Assembly (NCBI GenBank): GCA_043756275.1
Contig: JAYURJ010000227.1
Coordinates: 208-64,207 of the forward strand
From: Betaproteobacteria bacterium
GTDB lineage: Bacteria > Pseudomonadota > Gammaproteobacteria > Burkholderiales > Usitatibacteraceae
Direction: 5' to 3'
DNA: 64,000 bases
Position numbers and translations under genes: made by a program. Positions 10,073 to 20,527 of this stretch are shown in pieces (position 1 is the first letter of the stretch; every line of letters begins with the position of its first letter). The notes under the pieces are model-generated. The model was not told the origin of the DNA, searched no databases, and was given only the letters and a program-made list of their open reading frames with translations.

Positions 10073-12082
10073 TTATTTCAACAACGTCTGTTCAATGAAT
10101 TTGATCTGCGCGTAAAACAAAAAATCTGAATTCGATTTTTTGGCAAACCCATGGCCTTCATCATTGGCCATCAAAAACCACACCGGTGTTTTCTGTTTTT
10201 TTAGTTGCGCCACGATTTGCTCGGCTTCGGTATAGGGCACCCGCGGATCGTTTTTGCCTTGTACGACGAACAACGGCTTTTTGATTTTTTGGGCGTTATT
10301 GAGCGGTGAAATGGCTTCCAGAAATTTGCGCATTTCCGGGTCGCGCTCGTCGCCGTATTCGGCGCGTCGCAAATCGCGGCGATAGCTTTCGGTATTGGTG
10401 AGAAAGGTGACGAAATTGGAGATGCCGACCGAGTCGATTGCGCCGGCAATGCGATCAGGGTAGTGGGTCGATACCGCCAGCACCATGTAACCGCCGTAGC
10501 TGCCGCCCATCACCAATACCTTGTCCGCATCGAGGTCCGGTTGGCCTTTTATCCAGTCAAACAACGCGCCGATATCCTTCACCGAGTCCTCGCGTTTCAT
10601 GCCGTTATCCATGGCCAGAAAAGTTTTACCAAAGCCACTGGAACCACGCACGTTCGGGTAAAGCATGGCAAAGCCAGTTTCGTTGATCATGTAATTATTG
10701 CGGCCAATAAACCCCGGACGCGCTTGCGATGCCGGCCCGCCGTGAATGTTGACGATCACCGGGCGTTTGCCAGAAAATTTTTTCGCGTCCGGCTGGTAGA
10801 GAAATCCGGAAATCATCAAGCCATCAAAACTTTTCCACTTCACCAGTTTCGGTTCGGCGAAATCCAATGGATTCAATGCGGGACTGCCGCTATTGGTCCA
10901 GCGGGTGACTTTGGCCGTGGCAATATTCCACGAATAAACATCGCCGGGTGATCGGGCCGAGGCGACATTGAAGGCTAACTCGGCACCTGACTGTTCAATG
11001 CCGCTACCAGCGCTGTCATCATCAAAGCCGCCCCGCCAGCGCAGACCGGAAATTTCGCCCGGTAACAAGGCCGGTCTGGGCAATTCTGCCAGCGTGGTGA
11101 GATCCAGAAAGCGCAGCACACTGGAGCCGTTTTCATTGGTGATAAACGCGATCCGTTTGGCTGCGGTGGAAATTGAAAAGTCAGTTATGTCGTGCGGTAA
11201 TTTCGGCGTGAGCACCACTTCCTCGCCGGAGCTTAAATCGATCATGATCAGGCGACGAAATTCGCTATCGCGGTCGGAGGTGGTGAAGAGTTTTTTGCCA
11301 TCGCGCGAAAAGCGCGCGGAACCATAAGCAACCGACATTGCACCGGCTTTTTTCTCAGGTGTCAGTCGTTTTTTTTCACCGCTGGAAATATTCATCGACC
11401 ATATATGCGATTCATTCGCGGCAAGAGTTTCGGAAAACACGAGCGTCTTGTCGTCCGGTGAGAAGCGGAAATTAGACCAGCGTCCGCCTTCAAATGTGGC
11501 GATTGTATTGGCACTTTCAGGTTTCAGCGGGTCTGCCAGCACCAGCCTGGTCAGCGGCACGCGCGAGGCATTGTTGCGATCAATTGTGGTCGTGGTGTAG
11601 ACGATGCGATCACCCTTCCGATTCCACGACGGTGCGCTGGCCCGTTGCTTCGGGTCCGAAATGGCGGTCACCGTTTTAGTCGCAATATCCAATCGGAAAA
11701 TCTGGAACACCTCATCGCCGCCATTGGCTTTCTCGAACAAAATATAGTCGCCCTTTTTCGGCTGAAACGATGCCCCACTCACGGCATCAGCGAAATCAGT
11801 GATCGGCGCAGGCTTGGTCCCCGGTGTGGACACGAGATGCAATTGCAGCGTGTTGTTAAGGCGCGTTCGAATCAACACCGCAGGCTGCGTTGGATGCCAC
11901 GCCACGATGGTGGAGGGTTTGAAATCCGTGTAGGCACGCACTTTTGTGACCAGTTCTTCACTGATCGGCGGCACGCCATCGATAACGAGGTTGTCGGTGG
12001 GCTTAATAAACTGGGGATGGGCCGCAGTTATTGTCGCCGATACAAATAGAGCAACAACTTGGCGTTTTCCGATTGACTTCAT
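10073..12082 (-). CDS. S9 family (prolyl oligopeptidase-type) serine peptidase, secreted
   Basis: An N-terminal beta-propeller region is followed by an alpha/beta hydrolase with the nucleophile elbow GGSYGGYM and a DEGHGF His. I set the start at ATG 12082, which has an AAGGAA RBS; the longer track ORF would overlap sseA. Confidence 0.85.
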   Translation of the reverse strand: MKSIGKRQVVALFVSATITAAHPQFIKPTDNLVIDGVPPISEELVTKVRAYTDFKPSTIVAWHPTQPAVLIRTRLNNTLQLHLVSTPGTKPAPITDFADAVSGASFQPKKGDYILFEKANGGDEVFQIFRLDIATKTVTAISDPKQRASAPSWNRKGDRIVYTTTTIDRNNASRVPLTRLVLADPLKPESANTIATFEGGRWSNFRFSPDDKTLVFSETLAANESHIWSMNISSGEKKRLTPEKKAGAMSVAYGSARFSRDGKKLFTTSDRDSEFRRLIMIDLSSGEEVVLTPKLPHDITDFSISTAAKRIAFITNENGSSVLRFLDLTTLAELPRPALLPGEISGLRWRGGFDDDSAGSGIEQSGAELAFNVASARSPGDVYSWNIATAKVTRWTNSGSPALNPLDFAEPKLVKWKSFDGLMISGFLYQPDAKKFSGKRPVIVNIHGGPASQARPGFIGRNNYMINETGFAMLYPNVRGSSGFGKTFLAMDNGMKREDSVKDIGALFDWIKGQPDLDADKVLVMGGSYGGYMVLAVSTHYPDRIAGAIDSVGISNFVTFLTNTESYRRDLRRAEYGDERDPEMRKFLEAISPLNNAQKIKKPLFVVQGKNDPRVPYTEAEQIVAQLKKQKTPVWFLMANDEGHGFAKKSNSDFLFYAQIKFIEQTLLK

Positions 12083-12086
12083 CGAC

Positions 12087-12926
12087 TTATTTTCCTTGCG
12101 TGACAACCGGCCGCGCCGGATCAGCAACCCACTCGCTCCAGGAGCCTGCAAATAATTTTGAACCGGTCAGTCCGGCAACTTCCATTGCGAATATATTGGC
12201 GCATGCCGTCACGCCGGAACCACAATAATGCACTACCTGATCAGCCGGTTTGTGATTGACCAGTGCGACAAATTCGCTTCTGATGTCGTCGGCTGCGCGA
12301 AAAGTAAGGTCTGCGTTCAGGTTGGCTTTGTAAAAGCGGTTTAACGCATTCGGGATGTGTCCTGCAACCGGATCAATCGGCTCAACTTCGCCACGATAGC
12401 GTTCCGCCGCGCGCGCATCGATCAATGAAATATTGTTGTCCTCGATGTGCGCCAGTACTTCTGCGGCGCTCCAGACCATCAATGGATCGGCTTCGCCACG
12501 CAATGGCGCGGGTGTGGCCACCGGTACGTCGGTCGATAATGCGCGACCGTCTGCAATCCATTTCGGAATGCCGCCATCAAGGAGTGCCACGTTGGTGAGA
12601 CCAATCCAGCGCGCCATCCACCACAGGCGCGATGCGAACTGTCCGCCCACATCGTCGTAGGCGACGATGGTGGACGAATTTGACACGCCGTGTCGCGCAA
12701 GAAATGCGGTAAATGCAGCAGGTGACGGCAGCGGATGGCGGCCATTGGTGCCGGTTTTGTCACCGGACAAATCAGTATCGATACTCGCAAAATGCGCGCC
12801 GGGAATGTGACCTTCGCGATATTGGCGCTCGCCCTTGCCGAGATCAAAAAGATCATGGCGACAATCGAAGATCACCCACGTTGGATCGTGCAAGTGTTTC
12901 GATAGATTTTCGGTGTTGATCAGCAT
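12087..12926 (-). CDS. sseA: 3-mercaptopyruvate sulfurtransferase (tandem rhodanese)
   Basis: 279 aa with two rhodanese domains. The active-site loop CGSGVTA is of the mercaptopyruvate-sulfurtransferase type. Confidence 0.8.
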   Translation of the reverse strand: MLINTENLSKHLHDPTWVIFDCRHDLFDLGKGERQYREGHIPGAHFASIDTDLSGDKTGTNGRHPLPSPAAFTAFLARHGVSNSSTIVAYDDVGGQFASRLWWMARWIGLTNVALLDGGIPKWIADGRALSTDVPVATPAPLRGEADPLMVWSAAEVLAHIEDNNISLIDARAAERYRGEVEPIDPVAGHIPNALNRFYKANLNADLTFRAADDIRSEFVALVNHKPADQVVHYCGSGVTACANIFAMEVAGLTGSKLFAGSWSEWVADPARPVVTQGK

Positions 12927-12995
12927 GGCGACTCGCGGTTGGTGGCGTTCAGGAATAGAAGAATTATGCGGCGATTTTCAAGAGAAAATTCAATC

Positions 12996-13880
12996 CTAAT
13001 CTTCTTCGGCAGGCAAAGTGGGCGACTTATTGTTCCTGTTGGCATCCTCGCTCGCCCATTTCGCGAGCAAGCCGCTAATGATAATGACGAGCATGCCAAT
13101 CCACGCAAGCGGCGGCAATTGCTCATCGAAGAACACGACGCCGGCAATCGCCGCAAAGATGACTGTTGAATAGGCGAATGCGCCGACCACCACGGTGCTG
13201 CCGCTGTGATAGGCGCGCGTCATCGCCAACTGCGCCAATGTCGCGGCCACTCCCACGCCGAGCAGCAACCAAATATTGCCACTGTTTACCGGATGGAATG
13301 CGCCCGTCATTGGTTGTATCAGGGCTGACCCGAGCGTTCCGACCAGCGAAAAATAAAACACCACCCGCCAGGCCGGCTCTCCCGCCTCACCCAGTTTCTT
13401 GACGTTCACATAAGCACACGCGGCGAAAAATCCCGAGGCCAGGCCAATGATGCCGGCAAGGGCTTGGTCGCTGGCAAATGCGGGCCGCAACAACATGGCG
13501 ACACCTACGAACCCGAGCGCGATGGCGAATATGACGCGTGTATTGAAGCGCTCTTTCAATAGCAACGCAGCGAGCACGGTGAGCCAGATCGGTGATGTGT
13601 AATTGAGCGTAATGGCCAAGGCGAGTGGCAATTCGGTCATGGCGTAGAAATAGGCGACCAGCGAAATGGTGCCGGTCACGCCACGCCAGAAGTGGCCTTT
13701 CCAGAACGGCGTGCGCAGTGTCTCGCGCCGCCACATCAGGTAAGCGCCGATTGCCACCAGCCCGACCAGGGATCGATACATCGCCAGTTCTGTGCTGCTG
13801 AATTGGCCGCTGAGCATTTTCGCCAACGCACCCATCAGCGCAAACAGCGCGCCAGCGACAAGCATCCAGGAGGAGGTCAT
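12996..13880 (-). CDS. DMT superfamily (EamA-type) transporter
   Basis: About 10 TM helices arranged as two EamA-like halves. I set the start at ATG 13880, because the track's TTG at 13961 would run through an intergenic repeat copy. Confidence 0.75.
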   Translation of the reverse strand: MTSSWMLVAGALFALMGALAKMLSGQFSSTELAMYRSLVGLVAIGAYLMWRRETLRTPFWKGHFWRGVTGTISLVAYFYAMTELPLALAITLNYTSPIWLTVLAALLLKERFNTRVIFAIALGFVGVAMLLRPAFASDQALAGIIGLASGFFAACAYVNVKKLGEAGEPAWRVVFYFSLVGTLGSALIQPMTGAFHPVNSGNIWLLLGVGVAATLAQLAMTRAYHSGSTVVVGAFAYSTVIFAAIAGVVFFDEQLPPLAWIGMLVIIISGLLAKWASEDANRNNKSPTLPAEED

Positions 13881-13910
13881 AGCAAGCGCAATGCAACGAA
13901 AAGAGTAACC

Positions 13911-13973
13911 GCTAGCATTGGCGGACTTGCTGGGGTAAAAATGCCTGAAAAATCTCGTCAATGCTAGAGTTTG
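13911..13973 (+). repeat. copy B of the ~65-bp intergenic repeat family (GCTAGAGTTT tail)
   Basis: An ungapped hand alignment of 13912-13973 against 63361-63422 gives 48/62 identities. It has an internal 9-bp inverted repeat, CTAGCATTG/CAATGCTAG. Confidence 0.75.
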
Positions 13974-13985
13974 CCACTTCCTTGC

Positions 13986-15107
13986 TCAACGCTTCGCCAA
14001 CTCCCGACGCAGGAACTCGTGGAAGTGCACCATGCCATCTTCCATCGGCGACTGATACGGCCCCTGCTCATCGCGCCCTTCCTGCCACAGCAGCTTGCGG
14101 CCGTCGTTCATGCGCTGGCAGATTTCTTCATCTTCGAGCGCGGTTTCGTCGTAGGCCTTTTGTTCGGCCGCGATGAATTCCGGCTCAAAAAGAGCAATTT
14201 CTTCCGGGTAATAGAACTCGACGATGTTGGTGCAGCGCTCCGGCCCGCGCGGGACGATGGTCGAGATCACCAGCACGTGTGGATACCACTCGACCATGAT
14301 GTTCGGGTAGTAGGTCAGCCAGATGGCGCCCTTGGATGGTTCCACGCCACCGCGAAATTTGAGCACCATGTCGTGCCATTTTTTATAGGTTTCGGTGCCG
14401 GGTCGGGAGAGTGATTTGTTCACGCCCACCGTCTGCACGCTGTACCAGTCGCCGAATTCCCAGGTGAGCTTGTCGCAATCGACGAACTTGCCCAGCCCCG
14501 GATGGAATGGCTCGACGTGGTAGTCCTCCAGATACACCTCAATGAAAGTTTTCCAGTTGAAGTTGTATTCGGTGACCTCGACTTTATTGAGCACGTGACC
14601 GGTGAAATCGAGATCCTGCACGCAGCCAAGACGACCGAGATCGCCAGCGATATCGCGTGGGCCCTGGAACAACATGCCGTTCCATTTTTGCAGATTCTTT
14701 TTGGGCAGATCGAGGCACGGCTGCTGTGGAAAATGCGGCGCACCGAGCAAGCGACCGCTGCCGTCATACGTCCAGCGATGCAGCGGGCAAACGATATTTC
14801 CCGTCAGCAATTGTCCGGCACCTTTGAGCATCACGGCTTGACGGTGACGGCAGATATTAGACACCAGGTTGATATTCACGCCGTTGTTGACCAGCGCCCA
14901 TGCGCCATTGGTCATTTCGAGTGCGCGATAGTCGAAGTCGTTTGGCACCATCAATTCATGGCCGACGTATCCCGGGCCGTTTTTGAAAAAAACGTCCATC
15001 TCACGCGCATAAATGGCGTGATCAAAGTACCAGCTGACAGGTAATTGCGTCGTGACGGGAGCAAGCTCTCGCGCACCGAGTAGTTCGGACATAGTCCTTA
15101 CCCCCAA
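13986..15107 (-). CDS. Rieske (2Fe-2S) aromatic-ring-hydroxylating oxygenase alpha subunit-like protein
   Basis: 373 aa with the Rieske motif CRHRQ...CPLHRW, followed by a non-haem-iron catalytic domain. Confidence 0.8.
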   Translation of the reverse strand: MGVRTMSELLGARELAPVTTQLPVSWYFDHAIYAREMDVFFKNGPGYVGHELMVPNDFDYRALEMTNGAWALVNNGVNINLVSNICRHRQAVMLKGAGQLLTGNIVCPLHRWTYDGSGRLLGAPHFPQQPCLDLPKKNLQKWNGMLFQGPRDIAGDLGRLGCVQDLDFTGHVLNKVEVTEYNFNWKTFIEVYLEDYHVEPFHPGLGKFVDCDKLTWEFGDWYSVQTVGVNKSLSRPGTETYKKWHDMVLKFRGGVEPSKGAIWLTYYPNIMVEWYPHVLVISTIVPRGPERCTNIVEFYYPEEIALFEPEFIAAEQKAYDETALEDEEICQRMNDGRKLLWQEGRDEQGPYQSPMEDGMVHFHEFLRRELAKR

Positions 15108-15376
15108 TGACTCCGCCTCAACGGGCGCGGATAGTCCAAAGTAAAAACACCTGGGCGATCGAGTTTGTTAGCTTTTAACTCCACAGACTCCGTCCCGTAA
15201 AACGAATCTTCTAGCGAAGACCCACGAAAAGGAACCGGGAGTGTGCCCCAATGGGCTCGAAAGGGCAAGGATTTTTGCCGGGTTTCAGGTCGTCCTACAG
15301 ACGGCGAGGCGTTGTCCGGCGTGGACTGGAAGTTGCGCATTCTGCTATGATTTCAGATTGCAGAAAGCCTTTGCCA

Positions 15377-15607
15377 ATGCCCAAAATACCATCATCCGTC
15401 CCAAAGAATTTCGAAGCCGCGCTGGCCGAACTGGACCTGCTTGTCGAAAAAATGGAAAGTGGCCAGCTTCCGCTTGAAGAATCGCTCACGGCCTATCAAC
15501 GCGGCACCGAACTGCTCAAGTTTTGCGAGGGCGTGTTGAAAGATGCCGAACAAAAAATAAAAGTGCTCGATGGCGGCGAACTTAAAGATTTCCCGGCCTC
15601 AGCCTGA
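15377..15607 (+). CDS. xseB: exodeoxyribonuclease VII small subunit
   Basis: 76 aa from the internal ATG 15377 (MPKIPSSVPKNFEAALAELDLLVEKMESGQLPLEESL). It sits in conserved xseB-ispA-dxs synteny. Confidence 0.88.
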   Translation: MPKIPSSVPKNFEAALAELDLLVEKMESGQLPLEESLTAYQRGTELLKFCEGVLKDAEQKIKVLDGGELKDFPASA

Positions 15608-15611
15608 TCTC

Positions 15612-16502
15612 ATGCCGGATTTTCAGGATTGGGCGCGCCACGTTGCGCTCGACATGGAACGCTCGCTGGAGACGCTGTTGCCCGCCAGCGCGACCGTACC
15701 CACCCGACTGCACGACGCGATGCGCTATGCCACGCTCGGAGGCGGCAAGCGGGTGCGCCCGATGCTGGCTTTTGCGGCAGGATTGATCAGTGAAGCTGAT
15801 CCCGCGCGTGTAAAAATTGTGGCCGCTGCGGTGGAAATCATTCACGCCTATTCGCTGGTGCACGATGATTTACCCTGCATGGATGACGACGTATTGCGTC
15901 GCGGCAAACCCACCTGTCACATCGAATTCGATGAAGCCACCGCACTTTTGGCCGGTGATGCCTTGCAAGCGCTGGCGTTTGAATTGATGTCGAGTGTTCG
16001 CCTCGCTGATTCGAGCGAGACCCAAATCAAGATGCAGCAATTATTTGCGCGCGCCTGCGGCTCGCATGGCATGGCGGGAGGACAGGCGATCGATCTGGCC
16101 AATGTCGACAAGCAGATCACGCTGCCCGAATTGGAGTTCATGCATATTCTGAAGACCGGCGCGCTGATTCGCGCGTCCGTGCTGCTGGGTGCGTATTGCG
16201 GAAAACCGCTCGACGATGCTGAAATCGCGCACCTGGATCGCTACGCCAAGCTGGTAGGGCTGGCTTTTCAGGTAGTGGACGACATTCTTGATTGCGAGTC
16301 TAATACCGAGAAACTAGGCAAAACGGCAGGCAAGGATCAGGATGCAAACAAGCCCACTTACGTGAGCTTGATGGGGCTGGCCCCGGCAAAACAATTTGCG
16401 GCAGAATTATTGCAGGGTGCCCTCGATACGCTCAGTGGCTTTGGCGGCAATGCTTCGCGCCTTCGTCAATTGGCAGAGTTCATCGTCCGGCGTCAGCATT
16501 AA
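15612..16502 (+). CDS. ispA: (2E,6E)-farnesyl diphosphate synthase
   Basis: Carries both Asp-rich motifs, LVHDDLPCMDDD and VVDDILD. I set the start at ATG 15612, 5 nt after the xseB stop. Confidence 0.9.
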   Translation: MPDFQDWARHVALDMERSLETLLPASATVPTRLHDAMRYATLGGGKRVRPMLAFAAGLISEADPARVKIVAAAVEIIHAYSLVHDDLPCMDDDVLRRGKPTCHIEFDEATALLAGDALQALAFELMSSVRLADSSETQIKMQQLFARACGSHGMAGGQAIDLANVDKQITLPELEFMHILKTGALIRASVLLGAYCGKPLDDAEIAHLDRYAKLVGLAFQVVDDILDCESNTEKLGKTAGKDQDANKPTYVSLMGLAPAKQFAAELLQGALDTLSGFGGNASRLRQLAEFIVRRQH

Positions 16503-16520
16503 GAAGTTGCACAAAAACCC

Positions 16521-18434
16521 ATGAATAAATATCCGTTGCTCGACAATATTAACGACCCCGCCGATCTGCGCCGTCTGGATCGCCGCGATCTTTCGTCGCT
16601 CGCCAAAGAATTGCGCGAATACATCGTCGAATCGGTGTCCTCGACCGGCGGGCATTTTTCCTCGAACCTGGGCACGGTCGAACTCACGATTGCACTGCAT
16701 TATGTATTCAACACGCCCGAAGATCGGCTGGTATGGGACGTGGGCCATCAGACCTACGGCCACAAAATTCTCACCGGTCGCAAAGCCGGTATGCCAAAGT
16801 TGCGCCAGAAAGGCGGCATTGCAGGATTCCCGCGTCGGGAAGAAAGTATTTACGACACCTTCGGCACGGCGCATTCTTCCACGTCCATTTCTGCGGCACT
16901 CGGTATGGCGGTCGCCGCGCGCCTGAGCGGATCAAAACGTAAAGCCGTGGCCATTATTGGCGACGGTGCCATCACCGGTGGCATGGCCTTTGAGGCGATG
17001 AACAACGTCGGTCGCGAGAACGTCATCGTCATCCTGAACGACAACGACATGTCGATTTCGGAAAGCATCGGTGCGCTCAACAATTATCTGGCTAAGCTCA
17101 TGTCCGGGCGGTTTTATGCCAACACCAAAAAAACCGCTGAAAAAATTCTCTCGGCCACGCCTACGTTTATGGAAATCGCCAAGCGGGTGGAAGAGCACGC
17201 GAAAGGCATGATTACGCCCTCGACCATGTTTGAAGAGTTCGGCTTCAACTACACCGGACCCATCGACGGCCACAATGTTGATGTGCTGGTCGATACGCTC
17301 AGAAATATCAGCAAGCTCGATGGCCCGCAGTTTTTGCATATCGCCACCCGCAAAGGCCAGGGCTACAAGCTGGCCGAAGAAGATCCGATCCACTATCACG
17401 CGGCATCGGGAAAATTCGATCCGAAAATCGGTATCGCTAAACCGATGCCAATACCTGACGCCAAACCAAAGCCCACCTACACACAAATTTTTGGCGAGTG
17501 GCTGTGCGATATGGCGCGCGCCGATAAACGCATGGTCGGCATCACGCCGGCGATGCGCGAAGGTTCTGGCATGGTCAAATTTTCGCAAGAATTCCCGAAC
17601 CGTTACTTTGATGTGGCCATTGCAGAACAACATGCCGTCACCTTCGCAGCCGGTCTGGCTGCCGATGGAATGAAGCCGGTACTGGCGATTTATTCCACGT
17701 TTTTGCAGCGCGGCTATGACCAATTGATTCACGATGTGGCGATCCAGAATCTGCCGGTGGTGTTTGCGCTTGATCGCGGTGGTTTGGTCGGTGCCGACGG
17801 CCCCACCCATCACGGTGCGTTTGATCTGTCTTTTTTGCGCTGTATTCCAAATATCACCGTGATGACGCCGGCCGATGAAAACGAATGTCGCCAAATGCTC
17901 TACACCGGCATGACGCTGGATTCTCCATCCGCTGTCCGCTATCCGCGCGGTACCGGCCCCGGTGTGGCGATCGAAAAAGAAATGACCGCACTTGCCGTCG
18001 GTAAAGGCGTGCTGACGCGCGAATTCAAGGGCTTCGATGCGAGACGTGTCGCCATTCTTGCCTTTGGTTCGATGGTCAAGCCCGCCACCGACGCGGGCGA
18101 AGAACTCAACGCCACCGTGGCCAATATGCGCTTTGTCAAACCGATTGATCACGAACTCATTTTCAAACTAGCCACAACGCATGACTACCTCGTCACCGTG
18201 GAAGAAAACGTGGTGATGGGTGGTGCCGGTAGCGCGGTGGCTGAATCGCTGGCGGCGCAGGACCTGAACATTCCCATGCTGCATCTGGGGCTGCCTGACC
18301 AGTTCGTTGAGCACGGCGATCCAGCCGCACTGCTCGCCGACTGTGGCCTCAACCGCGAAGGCATTATCCAATGCGTTCGCGCATGGCTGCAGCGCACATC
18401 GGCCTCGGCTGCGACAAAAAAAGCCGTTAGCTGA
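16521..18434 (+). CDS. dxs: 1-deoxy-D-xylulose-5-phosphate synthase
   Basis: 637 aa with the TPP-binding motif [16 protein letters not shown] and transketolase-like domains. Confidence 0.95.
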   Translation: MNKYPLLDNINDPADLRRLDRRDLSSLAKELREYIVESVSSTGGHFSSNLGTVELTIALHYVFNTPEDRLVWDVGHQTYGHKILTGRKAGMPKLRQKGGIAGFPRREESIYDTFGTAHSSTSISAALGMAVAARLSGSKRKAVAIIGDGAITGGMAFEAMNNVGRENVIVILNDNDMSISESIGALNNYLAKLMSGRFYANTKKTAEKILSATPTFMEIAKRVEEHAKGMITPSTMFEEFGFNYTGPIDGHNVDVLVDTLRNISKLDGPQFLHIATRKGQGYKLAEEDPIHYHAASGKFDPKIGIAKPMPIPDAKPKPTYTQIFGEWLCDMARADKRMVGITPAMREGSGMVKFSQEFPNRYFDVAIAEQHAVTFAAGLAADGMKPVLAIYSTFLQRGYDQLIHDVAIQNLPVVFALDRGGLVGADGPTHHGAFDLSFLRCIPNITVMTPADENECRQMLYTGMTLDSPSAVRYPRGTGPGVAIEKEMTALAVGKGVLTREFKGFDARRVAILAFGSMVKPATDAGEELNATVANMRFVKPIDHELIFKLATTHDYLVTVEENVVMGGAGSAVAESLAAQDLNIPMLHLGLPDQFVEHGDPAALLADCGLNREGIIQCVRAWLQRTSASAATKKAVS

Positions 18435-18480
18435 ATTCGTTTTGCGGCAACACAATTCTCAAGCTTTTGATCAGGTGAGC

Positions 18481-18921
18481 ATGACGAAATTTCATTTAGT
18501 CCGCTTTGCAAGCGCTCTCGCCATTGTGGCGATGTCCACCGCCGTCCTCGCGCAAACACCGCCGCTGGCCAACTCTGGCTGTGCAAAACCGGCGATGCCG
18601 GATGCGACGAAAAAACTTGTCGCGGCGGATGCGAACGCGTTCGTGCGCTCGCTCGAGACATTCAGAAATTGTGTGCAGGTGTTTTCTGAAAGCCAGAAGC
18701 TCATCGCGGCGACCAAACAAAAAGAAGCCGAAGCCTTCAAAGTGTCCGTACAGAACGCCTCGCAGGCAGCAACCGTTGCTGCTGCCGCGGCAGACGCCGC
18801 CGCCAAAGATTACAACGCGTTCTCACAGCAGGCGATCAAAATCGTGACGCCAAAAGAAACTGCGGACGCGCCGAAGAAAGCCATCGAGGCACCAGCACCC
18901 CGGCCCCAGCGTGGCTATTGA
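18481..18921 (+). CDS. hypothetical secreted protein (two-Cys, paralog of the next gene)
   Basis: The start is at ATG 18481 with signal peptide MTKFHLVRFASALAIVAMSTAVLAQ. It shares the pattern C-x-[KR]-P...[FY]R-x-C-[VL]Q-x-F with the 18955 gene. Confidence 0.6.
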   Translation: MTKFHLVRFASALAIVAMSTAVLAQTPPLANSGCAKPAMPDATKKLVAADANAFVRSLETFRNCVQVFSESQKLIAATKQKEAEAFKVSVQNASQAATVAAAAADAAAKDYNAFSQQAIKIVTPKETADAPKKAIEAPAPRPQRGY

Positions 18922-18954
18922 GGCGGTTATTGATTTATTTTTCTGGAAAACACC

Positions 18955-19275
18955 ATGTTCAAACGTTTCGCCATCATCGTATCTGTCGGGTTCTCTGCCA
19001 TTGCCGCCGCACAGACGCCAACACCGCCAGCGCCGACTGCCGTTTCTGCCGCACCCCGACCCCCGCACACCTGCATGAGGCCCGATCACCCGGGTCGGCT
19101 CGCCTCAAATAATCAGCTAAAATCGTATAACAATGATGCAAAGCTCTATCGCGAATGCCTGCAGGCGTTCGTGAAAGCGCAGGCGGAACTGGTTAAATTT
19201 CACTCTGAAATCGGCAATAGCGCGGTCAATGAGTACAACGATTACGTGACGGAATTTGCCAAGACGAAAGAATAG
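18955..19275 (+). CDS. hypothetical secreted protein (two-Cys, paralog of the previous gene)
   Basis: 106 aa with signal peptide MFKRFAIIVSVGFSAIAAAQ. The motif is CMRPDHPG...YRECLQAFV. Confidence 0.6.
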   Translation: MFKRFAIIVSVGFSAIAAAQTPTPPAPTAVSAAPRPPHTCMRPDHPGRLASNNQLKSYNNDAKLYRECLQAFVKAQAELVKFHSEIGNSAVNEYNDYVTEFAKTKE

Positions 19276-19330
19276 TGCCGCCGGGACAAGCGACGGTTAG
19301 ATTTACGCATTAGGCAGCCAAATACAGAAC

Positions 19331-19391
19331 GCCAGTTGACGGCTCTCACAGGCCGCTTTCCCTCCAAACGCCGCGCCAATGCTAGAGTTTT
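19331..19391 (+). repeat. copy C of the ~65-bp intergenic repeat family
   Basis: It ends in CCGCGCCAATGCTAGAGTTTT. The left half is more diverged. It lies in a convergent intergenic region. Confidence 0.55.
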
Positions 19392-19426
19392 GAATATTTA
19401 TGCGGGGTCGCGGGTTTGTCATTGCT

Positions 19427-20527
19427 CTATTCAACCACCAGAAAATCTCCCAGCCGCGTAATCTCTGCCTCGAGTTCCCGCTTGAATATCGTTGCCGCAG
19501 CACCCGAAGGTTTCCGCGATGCGTAACCAATCTTCACCTGAACCCGGCCGTTCGCGTTGGTCTCCACGTTGCCCCAGCCGATCACATCATCGCGCCACAA
19601 CAACGGCAACGCATAATAACCAAGCTTGCGTTTTGCGACAGGCGTGTAGGCTTCAAACCGATAGCGCCAGCCCCACAGATGTTCAAATCGCAGCCGGTCC
19701 CACACCACCGGATCGAAGGGTGCTACCAATCGCACCTGGTCGTCACACCCCGCTGGCATCGGCTCTTCCGTCGGCCACACGTAGGTCACATGATCAATTT
19801 TCTCTGTGCGCAGCTCGCCACGCTTGATCATCAATTCCAATCGCTTCACGCAATCCACGCCCGGTCGTGCATCACCCATCACGCGCGCAAATCGCATCAA
19901 TGACCGCAGCGGCATCGGCGCATACAGATTGATCATCAGCCGCACCAAACCATCGGCACGCGCATTGCCCGAGAGTGCGCGCGCAGGCCTGGGTGCGGCG
20001 GCGTAGACGCGGATGCCCGCGTCGCGACGATGCACATGAACCCGGCCTTCGCGATGCAACCCCTCAAGCAGCAATGTAGTTGCCGATGAACTTCCGCCCC
20101 AGCCATTTACGCGTTTGCCGCTGCTTAATGCTTTTTCCAGATCACGCGGGTGGGCGTGTTCGTGCTCCTTCAGGTAGCGCAACACCGCGCGGCGCAGCGA
20201 CGCATGCTCGGCCATAAAATCACGCCAGCCCTGCGATACGGCGCGGGGATGCAGTAAGGCCAATTCGTCACGATGAAAAAATCCGTAGTTGTAAATGCTG
20301 TCTTCAACCAATGGCAGCGCGGCGTATTGTTTCTCCAGATCGTCGGCGCGGTAATTGTTGACACGATGACGCAGGATCAGATCCTGTGCGCGTGCCGGTG
20401 CGCGGATCGGGTCCGCTTGCAGATAGCCTAATTTCTTGACGGCATCGACAAGTGGGCGTGGCGCGAATAGCGAACGTGTTACGGCGTAGCGCCGCAAAGC
20501 ATCCACGGTGACAGGTTGCGTCGTCAC
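19427..20527 (-). CDS. winged-helix DNA glycosylase-like protein (YcaQ/AlkZ, DUF1006 family)
   Basis: 366 aa with a GTG start. The N-terminal pattern LGYLQADPIRAPARAQDLILRHRV resembles the YcaQ family as I remember it. Confidence 0.6.
   Translation of the reverse strand: MTTQPVTVDALRRYAVTRSLFAPRPLVDAVKKLGYLQADPIRAPARAQDLILRHRVNNYRADDLEKQYAALPLVEDSIYNYGFFHRDELALLHPRAVSQGWRDFMAEHASLRRAVLRYLKEHEHAHPRDLEKALSSGKRVNGWGGSSSATTLLLEGLHREGRVHVHRRDAGIRVYAAAPRPARALSGNARADGLVRLMINLYAPMPLRSLMRFARVMGDARPGVDCVKRLELMIKRGELRTEKIDHVTYVWPTEEPMPAGCDDQVRLVAPFDPVVWDRLRFEHLWGWRYRFEAYTPVAKRKLGYYALPLLWRDDVIGWGNVETNANGRVQVKIGYASRKPSGAAATIFKRELEAEITRLGDFLVVE

Noticed and set aside
12083-12151. N-terminal extensions of track ORFs. 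Examples are 10073..12151, 8954..9565, 12996..13961 (TTG), 29633..30961, 30883..33633, 44027.., 53242..53949, 54415..55485, 55538.. (TTG), 57491..58447 and 15251...
   Set aside because: The extensions overlap neighbouring genes or repeats, lack an RBS, or precede Met residues that align with the canonical N-termini of the families. I used internal starts in their place.
15108-15376. A 269-bp divergent spacer between the Rieske oxygenase gene and xseB, as a possible riboswitch or sRNA.
   Set aside because: I could not match it to any riboswitch consensus I know (glycine, SAM/SAH, c-di-GMP). Only short 5-bp hairpins are present. It probably just holds two divergent promoters, and a covariance-model scan would be needed to say more.
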